Shown here in pieces: positions 51,892 through 63,518 of a DNA stretch of 64,000 nt. This stretch comes from Eledone cirrhosa (Eukaryota), in assembly GCA_964016885.1 (NCBI GenBank), contig OZ024742.1:317192001-317256000 (forward strand), in the 5' to 3' direction. The position numbers and the translations under genes are program-made. The notes beneath the pieces were generated by a model. That model saw only the letters and a list, made by a program, of their open reading frames with translations. It searched no databases and had not been told where the DNA came from. How positions within the stretch are numbered: the first letter of the stretch is position 1; every line of letters begins with the position of its first letter.

Positions 51892-54800
51892 CTATAGTCT
51901 GATGTAGAGTGAAGGCCCATTCACACGGGCCATTCTCGCCACTTTCACCCATCTTTCATAGAAACGGCTGGGGTGCAGCACCTCTCTCTCCATCCTGATC
52001 CTTCTTCCGAAATGATATCGGAAGAAACGGACCAGTTGTTGGCCAGAGAGAAAGGTGCCTGACCTCAGTCCTTTCAGACGCGTCCACCATACAACCTCTT
52101 TCGCCATGGCTATTACGCACAGAAACACCGCCTCTGCTTCATCTTTGAAGGGGGGAGGCGGCTTGATCATTACAATAGACTCGGTGGTCAACCGGATCGG
52201 TCCCACCCTTGACAGCAGTTGTTCGACATAGCCCCACAGATCGGCTACGCCCGAGCAGTGTACCAATGCGTGTGCAACGGTTTCCTCGTCGCACACGCAT
52301 CTGGGACAGATCTTTTTGGCGGGGTCCCTACCCGGGCGCCCGTGTCTGTAGAGCCTTTCTCGAACGGGTAAAGCCCCTCGGTAGCACTGCCAGGCCAGGG
52401 ACTTCTGGAAGTTGTCCATAGGTCCTGGGCTGAATGTCCTACCGAACAGGCTGGCCAGTTCGTCCTCCTCCATGTCTAGGGCTTCTCCGAGGGCGTCGTC
52501 GCACCTGCTGCGTACCAGCCCTCTATAGAATGTTGCGGTGGAGTCTCCACTGATAACCGGATCCGCCTGCCAGAGGGCGGTGAGCGCCTGGGCACACTCA
52601 GTGTGCCAGGCGCCCAGTTTTCTCGGTCTTTGCTTGACCCAGGATTGCAGCTCGGTGAGTGAGACGAGTCTGGGAAAGGTTCGTCTCACAAACGAGGCCC
52701 ACACCGGTTGTCCGGTGAGGAATACGTAGAGGTGCCGTAGCCTTAATGCGTGTTTACGCATCATTAGCCACGGCATCCCCAGCCCTCCTTTCGAAGGGTG
52801 TTGACAGCAGATGGATCTCCTCACCATAGGAGACCGCCTCTTCCAAAGGAATTGGAAGAGCGCGCGCTCCATCTTGGTGAGGGTTTCCCTTGGGCAGGGC
52901 ACTACGGTCAGGCGGTAGTAGATGACGGACGCTATGTAGGTGTTCGCCACTTCCGCCCGACCTTTCAGGGATAGTTTGCAACTGGCCCACTTCTGGGTCA
53001 GTGCAAACACCTTGTTCGTAACCTCCGCCCAGTTTTTCTACACCTGGAGGTCCGGTCCGAACCAGACCCCGAGCAACTTCACCGGGCCCTCCGTCCAGCG
53101 TCCGACGACGCTATCGGAGGGCATCGGTCTGCCCCTCCACGTGCCGAGTTGCAAACCGATCGACTTGTCCCGGTTCAGCTTAGCCCCTGTGAACCTTTCG
53201 TACTCCTCCAGTAAGGTGCCGACCGCCTCGATTTCGGAGGCCGTCGACACCATTACTGTCACGTCATCGGCGTAGGCCGACACCGCTTTCCGCAATCCCG
53301 GTTCCAAGGGGATGCCCTGCAACAACTCCAACTTCCGCAGTAGTGGCTCGAGAGTCAACACATACAGAAGGGAGGAGAGAGGGCACCCTTGTCGGATGGA
53401 CCGCGCGATTTGGAACGGCTCCGAGAGGTAGCCGTTCACCTTGACCCTAGAGCAGATGCGGCTGCTGTGCATAGCAGTGATCCAGCCCCTGAAAACGGGT
53501 CCGAAGCCTGCTGCCGCTAGTACCGCATCCAGGTAACCATGGTCGACCCTATCGAACGCCTTAGATTGATCCAAGTTGATCAGAGCCCCACCAAAGCCGG
53601 GGTCGTTCCCAACCCTCTCTATGATGTATCGCATGAGGTGGAGGTTGTCATGGATGGACCTGGACGGGATAGCGCATGTCTGCGCATCTCCCACCAGGTT
53701 GCCCACGACAAGCGCCAACCTCTTTGCTAGCACCTTGGCCAAAATCTGTAACTCTGTATTTAGCAGTGTTATGGGCCTGAAGTTACTTATTTCGTCCCCC
53801 TTGTTCTCGTCCTTCCTCACTAGCGTGACTACGCCCTTGGTCACAGTACAGGGAATTCTCCCGTTCTGTTGCCAGTTGCAGTAGACCGCCTCGAGGAGAT
53901 CGGGGAACAAGTCCGGCATAGCTAGATATAATTCGTAAGGAAGACCATCGAGACCCGGGGATTTGCGTTTGCCGCATTGGCTCAGCACGTCCTCTATCTC
54001 AGCGGCCGAAATCGGCTCCTCGCAGGACTTCGCCTCCCTGTCCGAGAGGCGCGGCAGGCCGTCGAGGTATGGACCGAAGTCCACGTTCCCAACCGGCTCC
54101 CCGCCCCTCCCGAACAGTCGGGCAAAGTGCCTTTGAAAGGCCTCACACATCTGCTTAGGCTCAAGAATCGCCCGTCCATCCAGGTCTCGCAAAGACCGGA
54201 TGGTGGATTTAGTTCCACTGTTGGCCTCTGTCACGCGGGCCCAGCTAACAGCTTTGGTCCCCTCGTTCCCTAGAGCACGTATTTTACTTCGGACAACGCA
54301 GCCTTCGTGCTTCGCGTCGAAAAACTGGCTCAAAGCCGTTCTCGACGCTAGCACTCTGGCCACGTCGCCGCTTCTAATTGCCTCTTCTACTCTATCTATT
54401 AGCTCCCTTTCCTTCCTATTCCTATCCGCAGCTAGAACCTTACTAAATTCTATCGAGACTACTCTAATCTCTCTCTTTAGAGATACCCACCACCTGCTGT
54501 TGACGATCGCTCCAGTCAACCGTTCCTTAACTAACGTACTAATCCGATTCCTGTAGGCTCTACTTGCCGGCAAGGACAAGTTGAGCTTCCAGTAACCGGG
54601 GCCCTGTCTATGAGTTCTGTCAAGGTTGACCATGCAGGTCACTAATTTGTGGTCTGAATAGCCAACCATGCGCATTTTTGGACAACTTAAAAAGTCCTTA
54701 TCCTTAATTCTAACTAAGAACCTATCTAGGTACGACCTAGATGATCCGCTACGATTTGCCCAAGTCCAGGTTGGCGCAGTCGGAAAATCTAGTCGATATC

Positions 54801-55329
54801 TATCGGCCAGGTCAAATCGACCGATTAACCCTTTGAGGCTATTACACCCCTCTCTATCGGGGCAGGCCCCTACGTAGTCCCAGCGTGCATCTAGGATACC
54901 ATTCCAGTCCCCCACTAATAGCAAGGAGCGGGACGTCCCCAGAAAAGTCTCCAGACGATGGAAGAAGTCCGGCCGCATTGACCCGAAAGGGCCGTAGGCG
55001 GCTACCAACCTAAACGCTCCGCCTTTACCACTGCCAAGGTCCAGAACCACTAGTCGACCCTCCGGGTCCAAATGTACCATCTGTGTTGCGAGACCCAGAT
55101 GTTTTTGCAGCAGAACGACAACTCCACCCCCACCTCCGGGCTGACAGAGAGATGCGTGCATCTCAAAGTCATCAAAGGTGGGGGCCAGCTGTCGCACGTT
55201 GCTGATCCGGGCCTCGCAAATAACCATCACATCTATACGTTGTGACCTGAGGTCATTTAGAAGCATTGCTTGCTTCCAAGTTGAGCCCAGGCCACGCGCA
55301 TTTAAACAGCCTACTCTTAGCATAGCCAT
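51892..55329 (-). pseudogene. Tx1 ORF2 APE-RT, interrupted by one in-frame TAG at 53038-53040
   Basis: VGCLNARGL, GDWN, SYLDRF, YSDH, LDQSKAFDRVDH, RQGCPLS, YADD, CPRC..EETVAHALVHC. Confidence 0.95.
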
Positions 55330-55353
55330 GTTGGTGGTGAAGAGAAAAGGCAC

Positions 55354-56553
55354 TTACCTCTCTGCGTCCCGGGTATCGGGCTGCACAATTTCCATTAGGG
55401 TGGGGGATGGGTTGTTGGGTGGGGTGGTGGTTTGTGGAAGTGTGGGGGCATCAGTGTGTTGTGTGGTTGGGGAGCTTGGAGTTGTGTGGGTGTTTGGGGA
55501 GGGGGTGGGATAGTTTTTTAGGAGGACGCGGTTAATGGGCCCGACGCAGGGGGGACCCACGTCCTCTTTAAAATTGTTTTTTAAAGTTTTATAGGTGTCC
55601 TGTGGAGCCTTAATCATTTTGAGGTGGGGGAAATCCCCTGCCTGGGTGAAGTTAGGCCCTTGTGTTTTTATTAGATTGTTGTTGTACACAATATTTAACA
55701 GTTTTTTGTTTCTTGTATTTATGTATGTGTATGCATGTTTTTGTTTTTGTGTGGTGTTTTTTGTTTGCTGTTGTGAGCTCTTTTGTGTTGGTGTCAGTGT
55801 TATGTTTTGGGGAGGGTTTTTTTTCATTTGTGTGTCTGAGGTGTGTTTTCTTTTTTTTCTTTTGATTGTGTGGAAGTGCTCCTCCTCGTCTGACGACGAA
55901 CTAGGGTCATCTTCCGCGTTGGAAGGGAGGGGTATATTTTCGGGTTGTGTTTGCGGTACGGGTGTTTTGGAAATTGTTTTTGTTTTTTGAGTGGAGGGGA
56001 TGGGTTGGACATTGTTTTGTTTTGGTTTGAGCTGTGGTGGTTGTTTTTGTAGTGGTAGTTGTGGTGATTGTGTTGGTTGTGCAGTTGTTGGTGGTGTAGG
56101 CAGGATTGGGGTTTTCTTATTAAGTTGGGGACAGACAGCCCTCAGGTGACCTCTGGTTCCGCAGAGGTAACACGAGGGCCGTCTACCCTCAACGGTAATG
56201 TTGATGAAGGTTAGATCATCCAGTATGACGCGTTCAGGGATCTGGGCGATCCTTTCGGGCCTCATTTGAACTACAAGTTCGAGGCTCGTTCCACTGAACG
56301 CGTCACCCGATGCCTTTCCCATGGACACCAGCATGTCATCCTCCAGGTCCAGAAAACCTGTCAAAACCCACCATATGTCTATAATCGGCAGGATGGTGTG
56401 GATTTTTATTTTTTGTGTTCTTCTACCCATGTACGTAGGGTAGAAGGTGTATGCGGTGGATGTGATTGGTTTGATGGACAGTTTCACTGCTGTGTCCCTG
56501 TCCTTCATGAGAATGGATAGACTCCCGTAGAGTCTATCCTTCTGAATGAAGGT
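55354..56553 (-). pseudogene. Tx1 ORF1, 5'-truncated
   Basis: Zinc knuckle CYLCGTRGHLRAVC; the track ORF upstream of 56553 is microsatellite read-through. Confidence 0.85.
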
Positions 56554-56554
56554 G

Positions 56555-56593
<39 letters not shown>

Positions 56594-56631
56594 GTAGGTA
56601 GATAGATACATAGATAAATAGGTAGGTAGGT

Positions 56632-56672
56632 ATGTTTCTTTATTAGCCACAGAGGCACAAAAGAAGGGGTGG
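56632..56672 (-). mobile_element. Tx1/L1 ~40-bp 3' stub
   Basis: tttctttattagccacagaggcacaaaagaagggg inside (GATA)n. Confidence 0.75.
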
Positions 56673-57476
56673 TAGATAAATAGATAGGTAGGCAGCTAGA
56701 TAGATAGATAGACAGATAGATAGATAAATAGAAAGATAGATAGAGAAAGAGAGATAGAAAGAGAGTGTGTGAGAGAGACAGATGGGGGGGTGAGAGAGAG
56801 GGAGAGAGAAAGAGAGAGATTCGCTGCCGAATTACTGAGATGTAACTTTGAAAACATTGTGGAGAGTGTGTCCATGCATTTTTTAAAGACAAATTCCATT
56901 TGGTATTCATGCCATCTACTCAGGAACAAATAGCCCTAACCGCACATGAGCAAATATCCTGAACCTAAAAAAATGTGATAATGTACACATCAACACAGTT
57001 CACTAACAGAAAGCAACCTAAAAAATAAAAATAATAATTTATAAATAATAGTTTCGAAATATTCATTAAATTTAGCACAAAATGACATAAACGAATAAAC
57101 ACAGAAAAGAAAAGTATCTCTTCCTACTAAAGAATGCAAGGCATGGTCAAACCACTTCAAAAGAAGAACGTACATATCGTCTTTGTCATGTTTGAAAATT
57201 AAAACACAGGCCAAAATAGACATAAGTGGCGAGGTATACATCCACAGATACATTAATGAAGACGGGAAAGATATATATATAGAAGACCCTGAAAGGGCTA
57301 GCACCAAACCTTGGCATTGAGAGGTACACAATCCAAAGAGCATTTCGTAATTCTAAAAAACTCACGTTTCACATTCAGAATAAGGACAAGTTACTGCAAT
57401 AGCTTAGGGCTCAATAGACCTCCAGCTATCTAATATGTTGCCAAAACAACTGAGAGGTCTACATATGATTGATGTA

Positions 57477-57644
57477 ACGAAGGAAGTGTGGTAAGGAACC
57501 AGGTGGACCATAAGGCACTAGAGTACTCGATATTATGGGTAGTAGTGTGGGTAATAGGAAAAGAGTCAGGACCCCGACAGCTATTTCTGAAATAGCTGTC
57601 GAAACGGCTGGAGCTCAGCCGTGAGGTCCTTACTCTGTTCCTAT
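57477..57644. mobile_element. Family A fold-back insertion with 13-bp TSD
   Basis: TATGATTGATGTA at 57464-57476 and 57645-57657; centre GACAGCTATTTC-T-GAAATAGCTGTC. Confidence 0.88.
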
Positions 57645-57982
57645 TATGATTGATGTAGATATTTTAGAGAAGCAGTGTGATGTTCTGCTGCGTAACGTGT
57701 ATGATGATCCTATATATATATGTGGAATGAAAGATTGAAGTTTTCAATCCAACATGTTTTTTTCCTTGATTTGAAAATTTGAGATCTCAATCTTAATATA
57801 AACGCTCTGCAACTGATGCGAATGCCAAATGTTGACGGTATTAATCACCATTTTAAATACCAAATAACCCGTTCATGCAAATGCCTTGAGTGCTGAAATT
57901 GTTTCTTCTGTAGTAATTATTTATGCCCATTATCTGAAACACACACACTCACTCACACACACGCATATATATATATATATGT

Positions 57983-58034
<52 letters not shown>

Positions 58035-58062
58035 TTATATATACATATATATATATATATAT

Positions 58063-58686
58063 AAAAGACGTAAATTAAGAAAATTTTAAAAAATTTAAAA
58101 ATTAACTTACTTACTAAAATTTTCACTCTAACTAATTAGTTTCTGCAATGGGATAAAGACAGTTACGTAATCTAACTGTCGAGAATTCATTGCGTCATCA
58201 GGGAGTCTATTCTCAGCTAAGTCTCCAGGCAATGCGCGGACACTGGGGACTCATATAAAAATAATAATAATTCGTTAGATGGAACAGCTAGCGGGGACTG
58301 GATTCCATGCACTGAAAAGCTCGCTGTCACTGGTCAAATGGCAGATTCTAAAGAATCAATCCCGTGACACTGAGGCTAGTCGGTAGGAGTGGGATGGTAA
58401 TATGACAGAAGCCTACTATCACACCAATAAATTAGTAGTGGTTTTGGCAGGTTTGCTCGACAAATAAATAATTTGGAGATAAATATAGAGAATTTAGTAT
58501 ATCTACTAACATATGCGTACAGATGTACGCTAATGCTAGCAAATACAAAGGTTATGTCATAGTACCTAGGTGGTTCAATGCAGGAGGATGCAGAACAATA
58601 ATATAAAAGACGTAAAATAAGAAAATTTTAAAAAATTTAAAAATTAACCTACTTACTAAAATTTTCACTCCAACTAATTAGTTTCT
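58063..58686 (-). mobile_element. PLE pLTR family C, partial tandem
   Basis: 58063-58144 is repeated at 58605-58686; homologous to 3917-4600. Degenerate HHR CTGATGA..A-CAGTTA-gattacg-TAACTG-TC at ~58157-58203. Confidence 0.75.
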
Positions 58687-58687
58687 A

Positions 58688-58783
<96 letters not shown>

Positions 58784-58955
58784 CAGACGTACAGTAGTAT
58801 GTATATATATACATACATGCACACATATATATATGTACGTATGGTTTTACCGAACATTTATTATAATGCTCGGTTTGTTTGTAAACAAACAGCCCGAATT
58901 ACGCCGTACAGTGTTCAGGCAACCACGTCACCTTTTGTTCGACACTGACACAGGA

Positions 58956-58998
58956 ACGATGTACTAGTTTCAAGCTCATTAGCTATCGCCAGCATCGT
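58956..58998 (-). ncRNA. Minimal hammerhead ribozyme (one core mutation)
   Basis: RC: ACGATG-CTGGCGA-T-AGCT-aatg-AGCT-T-GAAA-CTAG-TA-CATCGT; 6-bp stem I. Confidence 0.75.
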
Positions 58999-59055
58999 AG
59001 ACCTTTCTATCAGATGGTTGAACGTCTGAAAGTATATATATATATGTGTGTGTGT

Positions 59056-59575
59056 GTAGTAATAAACACAGTAATCGTGTGTTTAAAATTACGAGGGTTG
59101 AAAACCACGTTTGTTTGAAATATTTAACCATGAAACCGACAGTGAGTGAAAGTGGCATGAGTGGATTAATTGTAGGGTTTCAGTATGAGTTACTAACTCT
59201 AACTTTTATTTATATTTCGGCTCCCTTCCTAGGTGAGCTTATAAGTTGTGTGTATTAGGCTATTATTTCTAGCCAATCCACTCACGCCACTTTTGGCTTA
59301 CGTCGCAAGAGGTGAAGTATTTATTCATTCGTGTGAATGTTAGCATTAAGTGTTTATCGCATTTAATCTGATTCTCTCGCTCATGATGCCCAAGGATTAT
59401 ATGTTACAAACACACTCAGGGCGAAACAGATTAATCCCTAATCTGTCCAGGAGATGTAATAGTTATTGAGGCGGTTTGTATATTTTTCTGTCTGTTTCAT
59501 GGTTAAATATTTCAAACAAACGTGGTTTTCAACCCTCGTAATTTTAAACACACGATTTACTGTGTTTATTACTAC
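59056..59575. repeat. Inverted repeat, ~81-bp arms (59056-59136, 59494-59575), around an HHR
   Basis: Near-perfect reverse complement; inner IR 59149-59167 / 59275-59293. Confidence 0.9.
59373..59454 (+). ncRNA. Type I hammerhead with full stem III (one core mutation)
   Basis: TCTCTCG-CTCATGA-T-GCCC..GGGC-GAAA-CAGATTA-atccc-TAATCTG-TC-CAGGAGA. Confidence 0.75.
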
Positions 59576-59715
59576 TTATATTATTATTATAATGCTCAGT
59601 ATTTATACATTGAGCTTGTTAATTGCAGGGTTTCAGTATGAGTTACTAACGCTACCTTTTATTTATATATATATATATTAAATGTATAAATTGAGTTAGG
59701 AACTCAAAATAGTCT

Positions 59716-59752
<37 letters not shown>

Positions 59753-59757
<5 letters not shown>

Positions 59758-60037
59758 TATTGAAGTTTGCTTGAAGCATTGTGGAACAATAAGTAAATAT
59801 CTTTAAGTCGTTTGGAAGCCTCGACAATGCAAATGGGTAAATCTCCGGGTAACAAGGTCCGGTGGTGGAGAGAGAGATGTAAGTGGGTGTACGTTGAGAT
59901 GCGTGGTGTGTATAAGATGTGTAGAATGAACGCATCTCAACGTACACCCACTTACATCTCTCTCTCCACCACCGGACCTTGTTACCCGGAGATTTACCCA
60001 TTTGCATTGTCGAGGCTTCCAAACGACTTAAAGATAT
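59753..60037. mobile_element. Family D pLTR-only fold-back (arms 59797-59904, 59930-60037)
   Basis: Homologous to 13017-13195; identical 108-bp arms; (TA)n flanks. Confidence 0.92.
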
Positions 60038-60050
60038 ATATATATATATA

Positions 60051-60162
60051 TAACGAAGGAAATGTGGTAAGGAACTAGATGGACCATAACGCACCAAAGT
60101 ACTCAATACTTAGGGTAGTAGAGTGGGTAATAGGAACGAGTAGGGGTCCTACTCGTTCCTAT
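60051..60162. mobile_element. Family A with 15-bp terminal hairpin (60130-60162)
   Basis: ATAGGAACGAGTAGG-ggt-CCTACTCGTTCCTAT. Confidence 0.85.
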
Positions 60163-60258
60163 ATATATATATATTGAATGTATAAATTGAGTTAGGAACT
60201 CAAAATAGTCTCTTAAAACAAAATAGCTCTAAGAAAGAGATATTTCTGAGCCGTATAT

Positions 60259-60415
60259 TATAATAGAATATAAAAGAAAAGCGAACACAGATATATAGAT
60301 ATATGTGTTCAAATCGTAAGGGACCTGATTCGCCAAGGTGAAAAATCAGGTCCCTTATGATTTGAACACATATATCTATATATCTGTGTTCGCTTTTCTT
60401 TTATATTCTATTATA
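60259..60415. repeat. Fold-back, 72-bp arms (60259-60330, 60344-60415)
   Basis: One mismatch; ends in (TA)n. Confidence 0.92.
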
Positions 60416-60427
60416 TATATATATATA

Positions 60428-60550
60428 AACAAAGAAATTGTGGTAATAAACCAGGTAGACCATAACGCACCAGAGTAGATACTTAGGGTAGTTTGGATCT
60501 ATTTGTCGAAACGGCCGGAGCTCAGCCGTCGGGGTCCTGACTCTTTTCTT
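60428..60550. mobile_element. Family A, two oppositely oriented segments
   Basis: 60428-60491 is minus and ~60498-60550 is plus; (TA)n flanks. Confidence 0.75.
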
Positions 60551-60582
60551 ATATATATAAATATATATAGAAGTAGTAACCA

Positions 60583-61448
60583 AACAGTTAGTTTACCATA
60601 CCGAGAACAATTGTTTCACCTTATGCGGATCTTCAGCTCGGACTGGTCTTGGTTATACGGAACAGGGAGAACAACCGTATGAACGCCCATGCGCAGAAAC
60701 GGTGACTTCACCCAAGCGATACAAAACCACGGTGAAAGGTGTAAGGGAGATAACTGTGAAAGTCCGGAATAAAATGCTCGAGTTGATTAAAAAATTAGAA
60801 TGTTGTTGTTATTCAATCTGGAGCTTTGTAGTTATTCATGAGGTGTTTCCAGACATGTGGACAACGTGAGAAGATTTCATTTCCTGAATTTAGGCAATCG
60901 CCATTCCGTAATCTCCTTAGAATATTTATCATTTCTTCAATACACAGTCCACAAGACGGATTTCCCCTTGCCTATGGCTTCGACTTAGTGATGGCTTTCC
61001 ATTGAATAGAGTAGTCTATACCTGAGTCTTTGGGGGACCATATGTGGCTCAGGAGCTTCGTGGGTGATCGTTTGTCCAGGTATCTAAAGGTCGACTGATG
61101 GTTCAGAAAGCGTTCCTTAAATCGGCTTGAAGCTTGTCCTCTTCAACAGCAATGCAACAGACCCGTTGTAGTGTATGAAGCTGTGGTCACTTCCAACCGA
61201 CCAAATCAACCACAGGAGGTCAAATCCTATGTGGGTATGGCGGAGGGTTAGGGTTAAGTTAGGGTTATATCTTTCGCAGTTACTCCCCTTACACCTTTCC
61301 CCCGTGGTTTTATATCGCTTGGGGGAAGTGACCGTTTCTGCGCAGGCGCGTTCATACGGTTGCTCTTCTTGTTCTGTATAACCATGACCAGTCCGAGCTG
61401 ATCCGCATAAGGTGAAACAATTGTTCTCAGTATGGTGAACTAACTGTT
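60583..61448 (-). mobile_element. PLE family B: split GIY-YIG between inverted pLTRs (60583-60762, 61271-61448)
   Basis: Minus 61124->60813 reads [42 protein letters not shown]; plus 61135-61248 reads [22 protein letters not shown]. Confidence 0.85.
60601..60641 (-). ncRNA. Minimal hammerhead ribozyme, intact core
   Basis: RC: CCGAG-CTGAAGA-T-CC-gcataa-GG-T-GAAA-CAATTG-TT-CTCGG; the mirror copy at 61393-61430 lacks 3 nt of core. Confidence 0.8.
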
Positions 61449-61524
61449 GTGTTTCCATTTCTACCAAACTCGTCCCATGGACTGAGTGCTCTACCACTAC
61501 GGATATTACCTTCCAGTGTTCTAC

Positions 61525-61665
<141 letters not shown>

Positions 61666-63121
61666 CATATTTATATATATGTGAAACCTAAACTATATAT
61701 ACAAATTTGTGTGTATCAGTGTAACGTCAGTCGATTTTCTTTTAACAGTAATTTTGGTTCTGAATTCATTGTTTATATAAATTTCATATAAATATCTTGT
61801 TTTGAAAGTTTGAGATAATAGTGACTGGTTGCCTTGGAATGTTTCTCAATCCGTGACTATGTCATCACATAATGTATAAGTTCAGAAGAGCATTGACAGT
61901 GTATTTAAATATAACTATAGAAAAACAGGAAGCTAAAACTGTGAATGTGTGTATGTGTGTATGCCTACGTGTTTATTTAAATTGTAAGGTGGGAAAAGCA
62001 TAGCATTGAAAGACAGTGTGAGGAAGAGAAATCTTACCAAAGGCGGGAAAGAGTAAAACAATGAGAAAGAAAGTATTGAAGGGAACAGAAATAATAAAAT
62101 GTTCAAAAGAAACAAAAACAATGAATAAATGATTTAAAGAGAACAGAAAAGTAAGACATAAATAAGTAACAAATTGATGAATATAATTTTGTTTAAGAGG
62201 TAAATCTAAACACAAAATAATAATATGAAATCTTACTATTTCTTTTGCTTGTGATTCATTTAATAATTCTTATTGGAATTAAAGAGATTTAATTTACTTG
62301 TATGTTTTGCCTCCGGCATTCTGTGGTGCTTTAGCAATTGTTTAAGTATTATATTTCCCAAAACATATTCCTACTCCCGAACCACACCATGTTTTATAGC
62401 GAGACACACTGTTCTTTGGAGAAGTCGTTACTTTAACGCAGAAAAGTTTTCGCGCTTTTTCCGACATTGTGTGGCTTCCAATTTCACTTGGTGGTATTGC
62501 ACCCACGATATGATAATAAGAATGATGGATCTTCCACTGATTTTTGACGATGAGTATTTAGTTTTTCTGTCAACTGAGCCTCTAACTCATGACTTGATGT
62601 GTAAATGAACAAATATTCTACAGACACTTGTATCTTTTACTTAATTTTCACAAGGCTTATCCTTTGAACTAGAGTATACTCAATGGAATGTTAGGAAAAG
62701 CTGTATCTGTCTATTGAATTTTGTTCTGATACATTGAGTCGGCCCAAGGTGTTACTCACTGGGATCGAAACCGGAACTTTATGATTCGGAAGCGAAATTC
62801 TTAAATATTCAACCATGTTGCGAATGCTCAGCCATTTTCACGTTAATTTAATCTACAACTGAAATAAATATTTTCGAAACTGACGGCTGTCCATTTTCTA
62901 TTTCTCGCGTGTACCTTATTTTACATTTACTTTGTGATATTAGCAATTCTTTCATCACTACTTCGTCAAGTATAGGGAATTCGTTGACTTTGAAGATATC
63001 TGACAATAGAGAAATATGTCCGTTTTCAAAGCTATTATTCAAAGCAATGACTGTGGTTATATTATTCCGGGGCTCTATAGAATAACAATGTCGTATTTCA
63101 TATTTTCCTACAAAATTTATG

Positions 63122-63158
<37 letters not shown>

Positions 63159-63163
<5 letters not shown>

Positions 63164-63381
63164 AAAAAGTATGACCCCGACGGCAGAGCTCAAGCCGTTT
63201 CGACGGCTATTTCTGGACGACAGTTAGTTTACCATACTGAGAACAGTCCAGAAATAGCCGTCGAAACGGCTTGAGCTCTGCCGTCGGGGTCATACTTTTT
63301 CCTATTTTCCACTCTACTACCCTAAGTATTGAGTACTCTGGTGCGTTATGGTCCATCTGGTTCCTTACCACAATTCCTTTG

Positions 63382-63383
<2 letters not shown>
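63159..63383. mobile_element. Family A fold-back, perfect 60-bp arms (63159-63218, 63246-63305)
   Basis: 27-nt loop derived from family B; (TA)n on both sides. Confidence 0.9.
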
Positions 63384-63418
<35 letters not shown>

Positions 63419-63446
63419 TATGTGTGTGTGTGTGTGTGTGTGTATT

Positions 63447-63515
<69 letters not shown>

Positions 63516-63518
<3 letters not shown>

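Larger units (their letters stand above)
51627..56553 (-). mobile_element. Tx1/L1 copy 6 (best preserved)
   Basis: 5'-truncated ORF1 plus ORF2; (GATA)n on both sides. Confidence 0.95.

Noticed and set aside
22853-56520. Plus-strand ORFs over the Tx1 copies that look conserved between copies
   Set aside because: Antisense shadows of GC-rich ORF1/ORF2.
56826-57343. ORFs 56696..56929 and 56990..57343 as a host gene
   Set aside because: No recognisable domain or clear splice signals.
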